From contig JAZDEL010000003.1 in NCBI GenBank assembly GCA_043808785.1, positions 51,237 to 83,236 on the forward strand: 32,000 bases of DNA. Reading direction: 5' to 3'. Both the position numbers and the translations under genes were made by a program. This DNA comes from Candidatus Iainarchaeum sp. Lineage in GTDB: Archaea; Iainarchaeota; Iainarchaeia; Iainarchaeales; JAZDEL01. A model generated the notes under the pieces. The model was not told the DNA's origin. It saw only the letters and a program-made list of their open reading frames with translations, and ran no database searches. Shown piece after piece: positions 29,944 through 32,000 of this stretch (positions are counted from its first letter, which is position 1; each line of letters starts with the position of its first letter).

Positions 29944-31374
29944 TCACCCCTTCACAACCCCCAGCGGCACATGCCTGCTTACCTTTTTGCCGATGCCGCT
30001 GAGCACAACGGATTCAACAACCTCGTCAATATCCTTGTACGCGCTGCTCGCCTCCTCGGCAAGCCCTTCCCATGAAGCCGAGCGGATAACCTCTCCCTTC
30101 GCCTCTAATTCACGTTTCACATCCTGCCCTTTCCTGCGCCTTATCGCCTCATTCCTTGACATTACCCTCCCCGCGCCGTGCGCAACGCTGCCGAAGGTTT
30201 CCTCCAGCCCTTTCTCCGTTCCGACACAAACATATGACGCCCTTCCCATGTCGCCGGGAATTAGGGCGGGATGTCCAGTCTTGGCGTAAGCGCGAGGGTT
30301 CTCTGCCCTACCCTCAGGCATTGCCCTTGTTGCCCCCTTGCGGTGCACGAGCAGTTTCATTTTTTTGCCGTTAACGTTGTGCTCCTCCTCCTTCGCAACG
30401 TTGTGGCAGATATCGTAAAGCAAATCCATCCCCAGCGCCTCGGCATCCTTGCCGAACGCGGTGCTGAACACTTCCCTTACCCAGTGCATTATAACCTGCC
30501 TGTTGCAGAACGCGTAATTCACAGCGCACTTCATTGCCGCCAAATAATCCTGCCCCTCTTTGCTCGTAATGGGCGCGCAGCACAACTGCCTGTCGGGCAC
30601 CTGAATTTTATATTTGTCCATCGCCCCGAGCATTGTGTCCAGATAATCCGAAGCGACCTGGTGCCCGAACCCGCGGGAGCCGCAGTGAACCATGACCGTT
30701 ATCTGCCCCTTCTCAAGCCCGAACGCCTTTGCCGTTTCCGCATCGAAAATCTCATCAACGCGCTGAATTTCCAGAAAATGGTTCCCGCTGCCGAGGGTTC
30801 CGAACTGCGGCATGCCGCGCTGCATCGCCTTTTGCGAAACCTTCGATGCGTCAGCGCCCTTCATGCACCCGTTCTCCTCCGTATGCTCCAGGTCCTTTTC
30901 CCAGCCGTAGCCCTTCCTAATCACCCATTTCGAGCCCTGCTCCAGCGCCGAGGAAAGTTCCGCATTGCTTAGCCTGAACTTGCTTTTTCCCCCAAGGCCT
31001 GCGGGTACGGAATTGAACATTCCGTCAACAAGTTCGTGCATTTTCGGTTTTACATCTTTTTCGGTGAGGTTGGTTTTTATCAGGCGGATTCCGCAATTTA
31101 TGTCAAAACCAATTCCTCCAGGGCTGACAACGCCGCTTTCGTAATCGATTCCCGCAACTCCGCCTATGCAAAATCCGTAGCCCCAATGCAGGTCGGGGAG
31201 GCCTATTGCATGCTTCTGAATGCCCGGCAAATAAGCGGTATTAGTCAACTGCTGCAATGCCCCTTGCTCAATATTGTCGCGCAACTTTTCAGTAGCGTAA
31301 ACCCGCGCAGGAACGCGCATCCCCGCTTCCTGCGGAATTTCCCACACCGCATCGGATATTTTTTTGAAGTTCAT
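29944..31374 (-). CDS. rtcB: RNA-splicing ligase RtcB (3'-phosphate/5'-OH RNA ligase), intein-free
   Basis: 476 aa. Motifs are PDLHWGYGFCIGG, GIGFDINCG, GSGNHFLE, HCGSRGFGHQ and AHGAGR. Confidence 0.95.
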   Translation of the reverse strand: MNFKKISDAVWEIPQEAGMRVPARVYATEKLRDNIEQGALQQLTNTAYLPGIQKHAIGLPDLHWGYGFCIGGVAGIDYESGVVSPGGIGFDINCGIRLIKTNLTEKDVKPKMHELVDGMFNSVPAGLGGKSKFRLSNAELSSALEQGSKWVIRKGYGWEKDLEHTEENGCMKGADASKVSQKAMQRGMPQFGTLGSGNHFLEIQRVDEIFDAETAKAFGLEKGQITVMVHCGSRGFGHQVASDYLDTMLGAMDKYKIQVPDRQLCCAPITSKEGQDYLAAMKCAVNYAFCNRQVIMHWVREVFSTAFGKDAEALGMDLLYDICHNVAKEEEHNVNGKKMKLLVHRKGATRAMPEGRAENPRAYAKTGHPALIPGDMGRASYVCVGTEKGLEETFGSVAHGAGRVMSRNEAIRRRKGQDVKRELEAKGEVIRSASWEGLAEEASSAYKDIDEVVESVVLSGIGKKVSRHVPLGVVKG

Positions 31375-31413
31375 TTTCCCGCCCTGTTCCGCGCCAAATT
31401 TCGCCCGCGCGGT

Positions 31414-31866
31414 TCAGATATCAACAAGCACCTGCGCAACCCAGAGCGCGCCTTTCTTCTCAACCATGAACCTGTTCCACGTAACCGCCTTGATTTCCTT
31501 TTTCAGCAGGTGCCTTTCCGCGTCAATCTTCTCCCCGCGCAGTTCCGCCTCCATCATGAGCATGCCTGTCTTGAAATCCTTCCTCAGCGAGTTCACGCCG
31601 AAAAAGGAATAAAGCTTCTCCCTCGCGGTTATGCGGAACAAAATTTCCTCCAAAAACTTGTGCACAAGTTCCTCGAGGTCCTTTGCAGTAATGCTCACTG
31701 CCTCCCTCTCTGACGCCTTGACGCGCGAAAGGTCGTACATCACGTTCGCCATCGCCTCGGCGGAGTTGCTTATCATTTCCCTGTCGGTACGGCCGAAAGC
31801 GAGGAAAAGCGCGTCAGCGGTGTGCTCCAGATAGCGGTATTTTTCAAAGGTTTTTTTCGCCTGCAT
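31414..31866 (-). CDS. Archease (RtcB activator)
   Basis: 150 aa: YRYLEHTADALFLAFG...AVTWNRFMVEKKGALWVAQVLVDI. This shows the archease EHTAD motif and C-terminal pattern. It lies directly upstream of rtcB. Confidence 0.88.
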   Translation of the reverse strand: MQAKKTFEKYRYLEHTADALFLAFGRTDREMISNSAEAMANVMYDLSRVKASEREAVSITAKDLEELVHKFLEEILFRITAREKLYSFFGVNSLRKDFKTGMLMMEAELRGEKIDAERHLLKKEIKAVTWNRFMVEKKGALWVAQVLVDI

Positions 31867-32000
31867 CTATGAAAACCCCTTTAAACCTTTACCTTTTTCT
31901 GCCATCCCATATGCCTCGTAGACATGCATCTATTCGTGCGTCGCGCTTAGCCGAGAGGGCCCCGGCGTGAGAGGCACACTATGTAAAGTCCGTATCGGGC

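Noticed and set aside
31867-32000. Unassigned 134 nt at the window end. It has a TTTAAA box at 31880-31885 and open minus-strand frames that could be the 3' end of an upstream gene.
   Set aside because: It is too short and truncated to call. The TATA-like box is only about 16 nt from the archease ATG. I recognised no RNA gene signature.

Overview
Archaeal chromosome segment. Every gene I can support is on the minus strand.

(1) nt 1-18502 is one uninterrupted ribosomal-protein super-operon in canonical archaeal order: L3-L4-L23-L2-S19-L22-S3-L29-SUI1-Rnp1(Rpp29)-S17-L14-L24-S4e-L5-S14-S8-L6-L32e-L19e-L18-S5-L30-L15-SecY-DUF106-L34e-L14e-S13-S4-S11. adk and cmk, which sit inside this block in many Euryarchaeota, are absent. 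Many of the r-proteins carry long low-complexity Lys/Ala/Glu/Gly (or acidic) tails.

(2) nt 18951-29860 is an accessory cluster of six secreted or membrane genes:
- Three large surface proteins (724, 1043 and 1082 aa) share a repeated Cys-bracketed beta-sandwich-like domain.
- One of them has a 173-aa region that is about one third tyrosine.
- Two share a conserved C-terminal anchor motif.
- The others are a small anchored protein, a low-GC lipoprotein and a DUF457/YdjM-like membrane hydrolase.

(3) nt 29944-31866 holds archease and RtcB.

The most unusual signal seen directly in the sequence is a roughly 75-80 nt Y-shaped nested inverted-repeat element present twice. One copy is in the SecY-DUF106 spacer. 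The other is inserted in frame inside the S3 coding tail. The copies show compensatory stem changes and lie in opposite orientation. They come with an exact 13-mer GC hairpin motif found three times, and with a segment shared between the S3 tail and the L32e head. The L3 upstream region is a hairpin-dense leader with a U8 tract.

I saw no rRNA, tRNA, CRISPR, transposase or integrase. A genome-reduced (DPANN-like) archaeon is my inference only. All coordinates, counts and GC values are hand-derived from the sequence and the ORF track.
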